64,000 nt of DNA, from NCBI GenBank assembly GCA_964016885.1, contig OZ024740.1, positions 353,214,001 through 353,278,000 of the forward strand. Direction: 5' to 3'. This document shows, piece by piece, positions 45,288 through 57,875 of the stretch (its first letter is position 1; each line of letters starts with the position of its first letter). The DNA is from Eledone cirrhosa (lineage: Eukaryota). Position numbers and translations under genes: made by a program. The notes under the pieces are model-generated. The model was not told the origin of the DNA. It made no database searches and worked only from the letters and a program-made list of their open reading frames with translations.

Positions 45288-45322
<35 letters not shown>

Positions 45323-45376
45323 TATGTGTGTGTGTGTGTGGTGTATATATATATATATATATATGTGTGTGTGGTG

Positions 45377-45408
<32 letters not shown>

Positions 45409-48183
45409 CGTGTGTGTGTGTATATACACACATATACACACACATATTATGTCAGGTCGCTCTTCATGTAACCCAATACAATCTGTACATAGTCGGGTCG
45501 TCGGTGACTAAACCAGCAACCCCACCAAGCTTGCTTGGTGAAGAGGGTGATTTTGGACACCCCGCAGGATGAAAAACAAGACCCGTCAAAGGGCGAAGGA
45601 ACTCAGGAAAGTCAACGGCCATTAAATAAAGATTTTTTTTTTTGTGGAGCGAGAGAATCCTAGTCTTCATTAAGACATCTCTCTTGGAGAAGGTCAGTCT
45701 GATATAAAACCTGCGACTTAGTTTGCATCCAATGATGTAGACCAGTTCTACTTTTTGGGTAAACGCATTCGATGTTCAGAGAATAGGATTGGCCCCGTAC
45801 AAAGCGTTTCCACACTTAAAAAAGCTTCAAGAACAGGCATCGTAGTTGGCCTGTGTATGTGAATGGTGTTTCATTATGTATGATCCCGTAACTCCTGATG
45901 GAATCGTAGAGGCGCCGTAGTTGTATACGGCGTTTCTTGTGCATTTAAGCCTGGCAGAGCCCATTCTTCTCCACGTCTGAACAATGCTGATTTCTTCCAG
46001 AGAAAGATAGAAGGTGAGAGACATGAAGTGAGAAAGAGATAAACGGGAAGAATCGATCCCATCATTAGATTGGTACTTTTTTATCGATCTCGAAAAGATG
46101 AAAGGCAAAGTTGACCTCGGTGGGATTCCAGAGAGCCGGAACAAATACCGCAAAGCATTTTATCCGGCGTTCTAACGACTCTGCCAATTCGCCGCCTTAG
46201 AAATACACATCGTAATGATATAAAACTGCAAAGTAAAAACATATTTGCTCTCATATCTATCTCATAGTATGATATATATTTTCTTCAAAGAAATTAACCA
46301 AATGCTTTTCATTATAGCAAGAATGTCGTTATAAAATTATATCGGGCGCGTTTAGAATATATACTGATAAAAGGAACACAGCAGTTCAAATAATACGAAA
46401 ATACGATGTCTTTAAATAAATTAAACACACATTCAGACACACACCCTCCCACACAAGTTTAGTTTTACAACTTTCATATACTTGTCTGTATGATGCAGCT
46501 TCTATTGGGAAGGTGTAGTTGATGCTAGCATGATGATGATGTTCATATGTAGGCTTGTGAGGAGTGCATGTATTGCTGTATTGCTGTTTTAGTTGGTTTC
46601 ACTTTTAGCGGAATTTTTTTGTCGTGTGTTGGTAGTTGGCATTTTAGTGGTTAGATGGTTGGTTGTTGTGTTTGTTGTGGAAGTTGTGTTGTCGGTTGTT
46701 GAAGTTGGTCGAGGTTTTTTGTCTGTTTTACATGTTGATTAGTGTGGTTGAAAAATGATCAGTAGAAGTCCTAGACACAAAAGAAGAGGACGTAATACTG
46801 TAAATTCTTTTTTAGGGAGAACGTATTACAAGCGAGTACCAGATCCGGTGAAACAAAAAAAAAGAATAGATAAACATGGAAAATATTGACCCCAGTATCA
46901 TAATATTATCGAAAAGAAATCTATCAAAAATGAAATTGACTTATTATTAAAAGGTTTCGAAATTACTCCTACAATAAAATAAAATATCACCGAACTAAAA
47001 TCGACTCTGCCGGCTAACAGAATTTTTCAACAACAGCAATAAAGATGATTCCATAGATTCTGCCTAATTTCCTATATGTAGTGGAGTGTATCACTACTTG
47101 GTACCCATTTACAGTTTTGTGAATTGGGTGTAGCCACCTTATCATACCTGTCTCCCTGAATCTCTGCAATGTACTTATTATTGTTGTTTAACTCTATGTT
47201 AAGCCTGATGTAACAAACCCTTGATCTAAAGTGTTCCAGACGTGACTATCTTCATTAAGAACTATTATATTTAGGTCTACAAAATTTAATGTGTCCTCCG
47301 GTTTTAAGCGAAGTTTTCTAGTAGGTCGAGCAAATATTTAAAGGTTCATTCGTTGGTTTGTGTTGTTTCCATTTTAACTATGTGGTCCCTATTTTCAAAA
47401 CAGTTGGGTGTTTGTTGATAGGCGATTTGACTAATATATTTATTAGGTCAAGTGTCTTTACAGAAGCTTCTTTGTTGGCTCATGGGTCACTATTTTACAG
47501 GCAAAAGGTTGTTTTTTGGATGGCTGTTGTGGTGGTGGTGGAGGGGGGGGGGGGGGTTAGCTGCAACAATGAATAAGATCAATTGACTAAACAGAAGTCA
47601 CCTTAATGACTCATCCGGTCCCTAATTTAAAGAATGTAGAACATTTTTTAGGAAGATTTGCCTGCTATCTACTTATATATATATAACCAGCAATTTCTCT
47701 GTCTGTCTGTCCGACAGTGGAAACACGTGCGTAGAGAGAGAGTGAGAGTGAGAGAAAGAGACAGACTACGAGAGGGGGATAGCGGGAGGGAGAGAGAGAG
47801 AGTGAATAGACGCTAAAACACGTGCTACAGAAACATTACCTTCCCCTCTCCACTGACTTTGGTCACTGAGGCCGAGGGAATCGCGCTGAGCGCGTCATAA
47901 TGACGTAATGCAGACAGCCATACATACAGACAGATATTATAAGGGTGCAACGTTATATCTATGTATCTATCTAAAAAGAAAGACTAAGAATTATATAGAG
48001 AGAACGCTAAATCGCCTAATGCGGTCCCTAGGGCATTGAAAATTTGAAATAATTTTTGCTCAAAACACTCACAGGACCATAAGTATTACATGTCTAAAGT
48101 TTGAAAACAATCGGTTGGATGGTTCTCAAGTTTTTAGATATATAGACTAGCAGAAAACCGCCGACCGGGTGGTTTTCTGCTAG

Positions 48184-49084
48184 TCTATATATATAAAACT
48201 GAGGATGTCTGTCTGTGTGTGTGTGAGTTTGAATCCCTAAAACTCGAGAACCACCCAACCGACTGTTTTCAAACTTTACACATGTAATACTTATGTTTCA
48301 GGGAGTGTTCTGAGCAAAAAGAATTTCAAATTTTCATGGCCCTAGGAACCGCATTTGGCCATTTAGCGATCTCTCTCTATAATTCTTAGTCTTTCTCTTT
48401 TTAGATAGATACATACATATAACGTCGCGTCCTTATAATATCTGTCTGTATGTCTGGCTGTCTGCATTACGTCACTTCCCTTAGGATGTCTGTCTGTGTG
48501 TGTGTGTCTGTGAGTTTGAATCCCTAAAACTCGAGAAGTACCAAACCGATTTTTTTCAAACTTCACATGTGTATTACTTATGTTTCAGGGAGTGTTATGT
48601 ACATGAACCTTTTGATCTCCTAGGGCCCGCATTAGGTGAAAAACTGCGTTTTTTCAGGTTTTTAGGGGTTGTTTGAGGCGTTACGTCAGACCGATTTCCT
48701 TGAAATTGTAACTATGTATTAATCAGTCTCTTCTTCATACCGTGAGCAAAGAAAATCCAACTTTTTTATGGCCTAGGGACCGCATTAGGTGAAAAACTTC
48801 ATTTTTTCAGCTTTTAAGGGCTTTTTTGAAGCTTTACTTCCAGCCGATTTTCCCAAAATTTCAAGGCATATTATCCACATAAAAAAAAATTATTTTCTTG
48901 ATCCCCTAGGGCCCGCATTATGTGAGAACCTGCATTTTTCCTGCTTCATCGAGGAAAATCTTAAAGATTATCCAGCCATCAGAGTATTCAGTTTATTTTC
49001 TTTACATATTGTCCAGGCAGTTTTTCCACGATTAGGTCTGTTGGCGGCCCGCGTTCCAAAATACCTTATCCCGTGCACTGCTAG
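48184..49084 (+). mobile_element. Non-autonomous Helitron (paralog of 15144-15975)
   Basis: TC...CTAG|T ends and high similarity to 15144-15975. An inverted partial copy lies at ~47905-48140. Confidence 0.78.
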
Positions 49085-49732
49085 TATTGAATAAAGTTCG
49101 AATGATTACATAGGGGTTCCTGTCACAAATTACACCAAGTCGCTCACTGTTAATGCATTTTGTTTTCATACGAAGGTGGATTTTCTATATGGTCGCTGAA
49201 CTTGTTACAAATAGCAATCATATCACATTCTGTTGTCTTAAAGAGTCACTGAACAATATAATCCTAGATATACACTTAAAAATACAAAGTGAGCATGGCC
49301 TGAAAGACTCTGATCAAAGACATGCCAGCCATGTAGAGTCATTCCGACCATGACCACCCTGTCTTTTTCAGTGTGTATCTAGGATTACATTGTTCAATGT
49401 TCCCTTAAGAGAACAGAGTATGATTTGACTGCTATTCCTAACAGGTTCAGGTAGAGGTGATATACTGAGCAGTTTCGGGTAGAGAAGCGTGTTGTTTAGC
49501 TGAGGAAGGGGGCAACGATCAGTGGCGGTAGAGATTAGGAACGCTATATAGATATATGATTACACACACTCACAGATACACACGTGATATACTGAGAACT
49601 TCAATACCTGTTAAAACTGTGGGATTGTAGGTAGTGAAATTGGTTAATGGTGAGGTAGGGAGAATGTAGTTTTTATTGAATTTATTTAAATCCTCAATCA
49701 CTGAACGGATATGATTTGGTACATTTAATTAA

Positions 49733-49919
49733 TTGTTTCTACTATTGGCACATGGCCAGCAATTACCCAGTACATTACTGGTACTTTATTTTATCGACCC
49801 CGTAAGGATGAAAGGCAAAGTTAACCTCGGCGGGATTTGAACTCAGAATGGCAACGGTCGTAACTCAATGCGTTAAAGCATGGCGTCCGACACTCTACCG
49901 ATACTGCCAAGTCACCGCC
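49733..49919 (-). mobile_element. tRNA-derived SINE (main family)
   Basis: Reverse complement of the consensus. Confidence 0.85.
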
Positions 49920-50569
49920 ATTTAATTAATATCTGCTTGACGAGTAAGACTGAACCTTTTATATGTTTACTTTATAAAATATTACCAACGATAGTCCGCT
50001 TGAGCTAACAAGAAAGAGAATGAGAAGGTATAGAGAAGACAAGAGCAGAGGAAGAAGCCACCCACCCAATAATTATATTTTTCTCCCAAAATTACCAAAA
50101 CGCACATCGATTTGTATATGTGCTACAATTTATGTACATGTTATGGTTATCGCATATCGAAGTTTTTTATATCTTGGTTGATATTTGATAATAACAGTGT
50201 AATATATGTTAACCTTCATAGTAAATCTTTTTGTTATATCATAACTTTTTCTCCCCATATCACTATTTGCCAATTGCTAGTATATGTATTCAGAGACAGA
50301 TTTCATAGGTCATTTCACTAAAATCACTTTATAATTATTGAAAGCTGTAAATATAATATGACCAGCTTGGACTCAAATTGCATTTTCTGACCATTTTAGA
50401 GTGCAAAGAGCTAAAGTAATAACTACAACTAAATTGACTAAATTTGACACCCCCACCTCCTTAAAAAAAAGCATTCTTCGTTAGCCATGCCATCAAACAT
50501 CCAGTACTATTTTTTCGCAATGAATTTGGATGGCATAATGAAATTTAACATCATGAATCTCATAGTATG

Positions 50570-51700
50570 TGTGCGTACCCGGATAACTGTGTAACATTTT
50601 TATCTTTTTCGACTCGCAGTTAGGCGTGGATTCCATACTATCTGTAGAGCAGGAAAACGTTTTTCAGTATTATTTAGTGGACGCTTATGTAAAAGATGAA
50701 GGATGCCGTTTGCAGCTCAATGGCAATAATCAGTTTCATGCCAAAGAAGTATGGGGATCTAACGAAGGAAAAAAATGTTAAACCAGAAATTCCAATTCTA
50801 CTGCTTTCCTTCTATGAATGAAGTCTAGCAGTATTTTCAAGATGCTGTGACAATAGTAGTGAAATGTGGTAAACCAAACTTTTTTTACCTAAACACGTAA
50901 ACTTAGAATTAGTGGAAAAATCGGCTAGATATAAAATTACAAGGGTTTTATGATGCACTCTTTAATGAATTTTTAAAAGATATCAAAGATAGACATTTAC
51001 TTGGCGTGCCAGCAGTTCGGGTGTTTATTATTGAATTTCCTAAAAGAGTGCTCCCTCATGGCCACATGTGGTGTATTCTTCAAGGTGATGTCAAAATTAG
51101 AAATTCAGATTGCGACAACAGATTAGTATCTGCAGAGATTCCCTATTACAGAATCTTGTGAAAAGAATTATGATATACGGGTCATATGGTATTAATCATC
51201 CCGCTTCTCATCATATAAAAAATAGAACATGTTCAACAACAAAAAACTTCTTAAAAACTTCTGATAAGCGACATTACTTAATCTAAACAGTTACCAGAAA
51301 TACAGAACACGTAATAACAGAATTACAGTACAAGTTGGATACTATTTAGTAGACAACAAAAACTTAATACCACACAATGCTTTCCATGTGCATTTAAATT
51401 TAGAAATATGTTCATCTGTTAAAAGAAACAAATACATTTTAAAATATAGCTAGAAAGGTCATTGCTATGATTCAATTAAAATAAACAATTTCACTAGCGA
51501 ACAGCAAAATCGACTGTTCTGCAAATATGTTTCTCCACCCCAATTTCTTAAAACCATATGGAAATTATATTAGAATAAGACGATGCTTACCATGTTTCAT
51601 TTAGGTTATAAAGTTGTCATTCTTCTTCCAGATCAACGAATATTGTATTTTCAAAGAGAATAGTCTTTTTGAAAAAGCTGTAAACACAGCTGAAACCGGT
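50570..51700 (+). pseudogene. Heavily decayed Helitron Rep
   Basis: Manual translation gives FYLFRLAVRRGFHTICRAGKR/QYYLVDAYVK (~50598-50700) and IIEFPKRVLPHGHMW (51026-51070, HUH motif). Confidence 0.65.
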
Positions 51701-51796
51701 AAAAGCAAACAGAATATATAAATAATCATAAAATTACTTGGCACATTAATACAGAAAGCTTCTAAATAACTAGTTGCATTTTTAAAACTCTATTTT

Positions 51797-51864
<68 letters not shown>

Positions 51865-51868
<4 letters not shown>

Positions 51869-52054
51869 GTTTCTACTTTAGGCACAAGGCCAGCAATTAT
51901 CCCAGTGTATTACTGGTACTTTATTTTATCGACCCCGTAAGGATGAAAGGCAAAGTCAACCTCGGCGGGATTTGAACTCAGATGGTAAAGGGACGTAACC
52001 ACGCTGGAAAGCATGGCGTCCGACCCTCTACCGATACTGCCAATCCACCGCCCT
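51865..52054 (-). mobile_element. tRNA-derived SINE (main family)
   Basis: Full-length reverse-complement copy. Confidence 0.9.
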
Positions 52055-52364
52055 TATATATATATATATATAATAAAAGGACGATTTGTTATATCTTCAT
52101 TACGTTTATTGAGTAGTGACGCGCGTTTCGCTATTGATCATCTCAAGGTTTGATCTGTATGGATCCAGCCTGACTCTGGAATCAAAAGCTCGTCGTACCT
52201 TTGTTGTGGTAATTACCACAGTAGAAGTCCGACGATTCCAGAGTCGGGCTAGATCGATACAGATCGAGACTTGACCTGATCAATAGTGAAACGCGCGTCA
52301 CTACTCAATAAACGTAATAAAGACATTAACATATCGTCCTTTTATTATTATAATTACACTACAA

Positions 52365-52550
52365 AGGTGGTGGATTGGCAGTATTGGTAGAGGGTCGGAC
52401 GCCATGCTTTCCAGCATAGTTACGTCCCTTTACGATCTGAGTTCAAATCCCGCCGAGGTTGACTTTGCCTTTCATCCTTACGGGGTCGATAAAATAAAGT
52501 ACCAGTAATGCACTGGGTATTTGCTGGCCCTGTGCCAAAAGTAAAAACAT
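52365..52550 (+). mobile_element. tRNA-derived SINE (main family)
   Basis: Full-length copy, flanked by repeated TATAATTACACT (likely TSD). Confidence 0.9.
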
Positions 52551-52652
52551 TTTTTATAATTACACTCTGCTTAGTTCTACACCTCTTTACAGACTGGAAA
52601 CTATGCATCGAGTGCTCACTCGGGTGAACCTACAGTAACTGCACGTTACACT

Positions 52653-52729
<77 letters not shown>

Positions 52730-52731
<2 letters not shown>

Positions 52732-53597
52732 ATTAAACGTGCTGCGGGGTTGCTAATGGGTTACATATGAATAAAGTTAGTCCTTCATCAGTGATCTTCC
52801 AACCATCATTGGTATTTCATCGCTTTAAAGACCATATACCTCCGGTTGGTGCGAGCAACGGCTAAAAAAAGTCGTTGGGACACGTAAATAAAGGGGAGAC
52901 GAGTGTAAACAAACAAAAATGGTGAAGCAACGAAAAGTGAGGAAGAAGGAGTCAAGTCCCAAATTTCTATAATTTAAATTCGGTGAAATCGTGAACGAGA
53001 GAGAATAAAGACCATCAAACCTGGTTGAAATGTGAGCAAAGAAAGAATTCCGTACAGGTCTAACGGGAGGAAGAAGGGATCTAGTCTGTGATTTCGGTGA
53101 ACGTAAGTTCTGTGAAATCGTAGACGAGAGAGAGAAAAAAAGCGACCTGCCAGACCAAGGGTGCGAAAGAAAATAATTACGCACAGGTCAAACGGGAAGA
53201 AGGAGGAGGAGGAGAGGTAGTAACAGAGAATGAGTGAGTGAAAGGTGAGGAAGAGGCTAACAGAGAGAGTGACTGCTAGAGAGGGTAAAGATACAGAGAA
53301 AGAGGAAGCAGTAAGAACGAAATAGACGTGTAACAGCGGGGGAAAAAATATGTGTAAATATGATAATAAACGTGGTGCGGGGTTGCTAATGGGTTACATA
53401 TGAATAAAGTTAGTCCTTCATCAGTGATCTTCCAACCATCATTGGTATTTCATCGCTTTAAAGACCATATACCTCCGGTTGGTGCGAGCAACGGCTAAAA
53501 AAAGTCGTTGGGACACGTAAATAAAGGGGACACGAGTGTAAACAAACAAAAATGGTGAAGCAACGAAAAGTGAGGAAGAAGGAGTCAAGTCCCAAAT
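52730..53597. mobile_element. 633-bp unit with a ~230-bp terminal direct repeat between (TA)n tracts (pLTR-like)
   Basis: 52735-52964 is repeated at 53368-53597. A diverged relative lies at ~63825-64000. Confidence 0.65.
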
Positions 53598-53767
53598 ATA
53601 TATATATATAGGGAATGTCTATCGGGCGTCCATGCGGCGCCACTGGTCACAGCACGCCGTGCTGTTTTAGCCATAAGATAACGCCATCCCACTGGCTGGG
53701 CGGGCAGGCCATATATATATAATATATATATATATATACACACACTCGTGTGTCGCTTTTCTACATT

Positions 53768-53859
<92 letters not shown>

Positions 53860-53975
53860 AATGTAGAAAAGTAGCACACGAGTTGATATATATAAACAAA
53901 TAGTAAAAAGGAAAAAAATACAGTAGAAAAATGATGGAGGGATTTGTTCAGTATCAAAACATTTATTTATAAAGT

Positions 53976-54041
<66 letters not shown>

Positions 54042-54356
54042 TTGACTCTTTCCCTTTCCTTTTCCCTCGGTTACTACCAAACTTTCATGTAGTGTTGACT
54101 TCGTCTTTTCCCCATACTTTATTGGTATGTCTTGCTTTCTTTTTTTTTTTTTGTCATTCTCTTCGTTATCATCCGTTTCGTTTCTTCCCAGATAGCTAAC
54201 CATTTTAGCTATTAACTGTGTTGGAATATACTGTCTGTAATGCGTTGGAAACATTAGTGATCCACAGAAGACAGCCGACGAGCGGAAATTGTCCTTGTGT
54301 TTTATCTCACGTTTTCTAAATAATATATATTAGTAACCACACAGCTCCGTTCTCAC

Positions 54357-54387
<31 letters not shown>

Positions 54388-54705
54388 CTATAAAGTATGT
54401 CCATAGAATCATTTGATAATATATATACACCATTTCCTCTCCCAATTGGCATAATTAACCACACAAAAAAATCAATTAGACCAGGCTATAAGATTAAAAG
54501 GCACCTATGAAGAAATAGTAAATAAATAAACGGCAGCAATCTCTTCGCGGCCAACCGCCATAGAGTATTTACCCAACATTTCAACAGCACATGGAAATCG
54601 ATTAAATATACGGTCAACCATAGACAATTAGGTATAAAATTAAAGTTAGAAATGCTTATACACATACCAGGAATCCTGGTATATTGCCAAATATACCATA
54701 CATAC

Positions 54706-54752
<47 letters not shown>

Positions 54753-54757
<5 letters not shown>

Positions 54758-55448
54758 CGGAATACTCTTATATTTTACCGGCGAAGATTCGAAACCGAAT
54801 CTAAGCTTTCCCGCCTCTGGGACACCCAATCGTTGGAAGTTCTCGCCTTTGTCCTGTCAACGATGATAGATGACATTCCATTTGACCTGTGACCCCCCAT
54901 TGGGAGATGTTAACCACAGGTCATATCATATATCCATCCTTCTAACTTTAGCACTTATTATAAATACAAGGACTGGGGGAACAAGAGGAGAGAATCGAAG
55001 CAGCAGTCAAGAAGATAACTATGTGGCGTCATTAGACCTTTTAGTCTATCTTTCTCCTGGCCCTTACTGGCTTACCCTCTCGGCCAGCCATGCCTGCCTG
55101 ACAGATTGACCATTACTACGATTAGAATAAGATAAACTAAGAATAGGCACACACACACACACGCGCATAGTAAGTTCATATTGTTATATTATACTCTCAT
55201 CCTATGCTTCCTGCCATATTGTATCTGCAAGACACAACACAACGATATTATATCGTCTTCTCTGATACATACATTTACGTAGCTCATAGCAACTACCAAT
55301 TTATTGTACGGATATATTTGTGTCATAAATTCTATCATTCGATGTTCAAGTCGAATATTGTTATTATAAAATAAGCATTGTTAACTCAATCATGGCATTA
55401 TTCTTTTCATCCAAACACTCATCAAATCAACACAACATAACCGTTACA
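54753..55448 (+). mobile_element. LTR of an LTR retrotransposon followed by a tRNA-Trp-like PBS
   Basis: Ends TATAACGG...CCGTTACA, TATA box at ~54959, and after a 2-nt spacer TGGTGACCCCG (55451-55461), complementary to the 3' end of eukaryotic tRNA-Trp. Confidence 0.7.
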
Positions 55449-55760
55449 ACTGGTGACCCCGTGAAACGAACACACTGCTTTCTCAAATATCCGCTACATA
55501 CTATGCTTCAACTATTCTTTCGTCTCTGTCATATTATATCCGCTACAACTGGTAACCCCGTGAAACGAACACACAACCTTCTCACTATCCACTACAATTG
55601 GTGTTACATTCTATCTACTACAACTGGTGACCATCAATTGTCTGCTGTAAACGGTGACACGAGAAACGAACACACAGTCTTTTCACTATCTGCTACAACG
55701 GTGACTCGAGATTCGAAACAACAGCCTTCTCGCTACATAATGGTAAACTCGACGCTCACG
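55441..55760 (+). repeat. Tandem array of LTR-end + PBS-like units
   Basis: About 8 repeats of TATCYRCTACA(A)C/TTGGTRAC... separated by variable 15-40 nt spacers. Confidence 0.7.
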
Positions 55761-55784
55761 AATTACTTCAAGTTATTTACCAAA

Positions 55785-56031
55785 CTTCGATTCTCTCCTC
55801 TTGTTCCCTCAGTGCTTGTATTTATAAGTACTAAAGTTAGAAGGATGGATATATGATCTGACCTGTGGTTAGCATCTCTCAAGGGGTTGGGTCACATGTC
55901 AAATGGAATGTCATCCATCATCGTTGACAGGACGAAGGCGAGAACTTCCAACGATTGAATGTCCCAGAGGCGGGAAAGCTCAGATTCGGTTTCGAATCTT
56001 CGCCGGTAAAATATAGGAGTATTCCGTTATA
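55785..56031 (-). mobile_element. Inverted partial LTR copy
   Basis: Reverse complement of 54753-55000. Confidence 0.85.
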
Positions 56032-56042
56032 TATATATATAT

Positions 56043-56565
56043 GAGAGTATTGAAGTTTGCTTGAAGCATTGTGGAACAATAAGTAAATATCTTTAAGTCG
56101 TTTGGAAGCCTCGACAATGCAAATGGGTAAATCTCCGGGTAACAAGGTCCGGTGGTGGAGAGAGAGATGTAAGTGGGTGTACGTTGAGATGCGTGGTATG
56201 TGTGAGATGTGTAGAATGATGGAAAGAGTATAAAGGATAAAAATAAAAATAACAACACAAGAGAGAGTTACCTTGGGAGAGATTTAATAGTCCCTATATA
56301 TTTCGGATTCACATCCATCAACTGGGGTGTTTTTCCGGGGTGGGGGAAAAGGTTGTCTGTCGGACAAGTCCGGAACGCGTCTTTCGCTGTTTGTTGTTTT
56401 GAATATCTGAGGTATTCGGCAGAGCGCGCGTGCGCGTGAAATGAGGTCGGTCGTACAGAGGTCAGCGGCCGAATGAGGGAGTGGGATGGCGCTAGCTGTC
56501 AGTCCATTCTCTGCCTGTTTGTTAAATGTTACTGTGTGTGTGTGTGCGTGTGTTGTTGTCTCGCT
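56043..56565 (-). mobile_element. Solo 3' UTR/pLTR of the PLE family at 20197-21815
   Basis: Colinear reverse-complement match to ~21280-21815. Confidence 0.8.
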
Positions 56566-57541
56566 TATATACTGTATATATATTCAAAATTGTAAAAAGT
56601 CAAGATAAGAAATTATTATTTATTCACACTGCTCTACGAACGTTTCCATACAGCTAGAATAGCATATCCATTTGTAAAGTAACTGGAGTTCATTAGTTAA
56701 CAATTATTATTAACAATTATCTCCCTTATGGGTGCTTCATCCCAACCGTATCTCTTTAGGAAATATTCAGAACAAAAAAATAATATGTACTTGAACCTTA
56801 CTGCCTGCATAAAAGCACCATACTTTTTTACTCTTCTCGCTATCTTGATATTGTCTTATGGTATTGTAATTGATACAATCCACCCTAAAAGGGTGAAAGT
56901 TGTGCCCCAGTATAGCTGTAATTCAATAACCAAAACCAGTAAAACAAAACAAAACAAAAAAAAACAGAATACAGAGATATATATGATACAATCATAAATA
57001 CATATTCACATAAATGTATTCATATCCACTTTTAGTCAGTGTCCTGGGTCCTGCGACAGTTTTTACTTTATAGATAAAAATTATTAAAATATCAGAGATC
57101 ACAAAGTCATAAAATGTTATGAATAGAAATAAAACACGAGCTAAATTATTGGTGAATGAAAAATTAGACCGATTGAAATATTAAATCGTACAAAGAGCGT
57201 AGATAACTGGTACATTCTTTTGTTAACTATGGAATTTTAAATATGAGAAAGACCCGATATGAACATAATGCAATAAAACATTTTTATCTAAAGTCCAGAA
57301 CAACTGACATCACACGACTATTTTTATCTACAACAGACTCGTTTTCAAAATAACTTTTGTTATCAAAGTAATTATTTTTTTACTTTTCTTTTGCACTATA
57401 TACTCACACGAAATCGTTTCCCTCACTGTTTAACGAAACTATCCACTCTAGCCAGTTTGGTTCGAATTTTAATAATACGAACTTGGTTTTCCATAGAATG
57501 AGTGAGGAAACTTGGTTTTCCATAGGATGTGTTTCGTCTCC

Positions 57542-57629
<88 letters not shown>

Positions 57630-57817
57630 GGTTTGTTGGTTCACCACTGGATAGAACTGGTCATTCCGTATGGTCAATCTCGATGTAGTATTATGGAGAG
57701 TACTCAACGTAATGCAGTTCACCCGTCTTCATTTGTGTAGTTGGTGGTGCGAGTACGGAGTTAATTATTATAAAATAACAGGAGGCTGGACTGGTGTAAA
57801 TCCTTGAAAGGTTTATT

Positions 57818-57875
57818 ATACTATGATCATTTCAATGACCGGGTTCCGTATGAATCCGGTGATATCATCAGGTAT
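57818..57875 (-). ncRNA. Type I hammerhead ribozyme, long stem II
   Basis: ATAC-CTGATGA-TATC ACCGGATTC(ATACG)GAACCCGGT CATT-GAAA-TGATCA-TA-GTAT. Confidence 0.78.

Noticed and set aside
52295-52310. GAAACGCGCGTC as a hammerhead 3' half
   Set aside because: No properly placed CTGANGA or stem II; it lies within MITE TIRs.
55441-55760. CRISPR array
   Set aside because: Repeats are degenerate, spacers are irregular and partly similar to each other, there are no cas genes, the context is eukaryotic, and the repeat is explained as LTR end + PBS.
56625-56705. Possible decayed hammerhead on the minus strand (CTAATGA..GAAACGTTCGTA); also 54262-54300
   Set aside because: Core is mutated and stems I/II are poorly paired, so it is not supportable without family copies.
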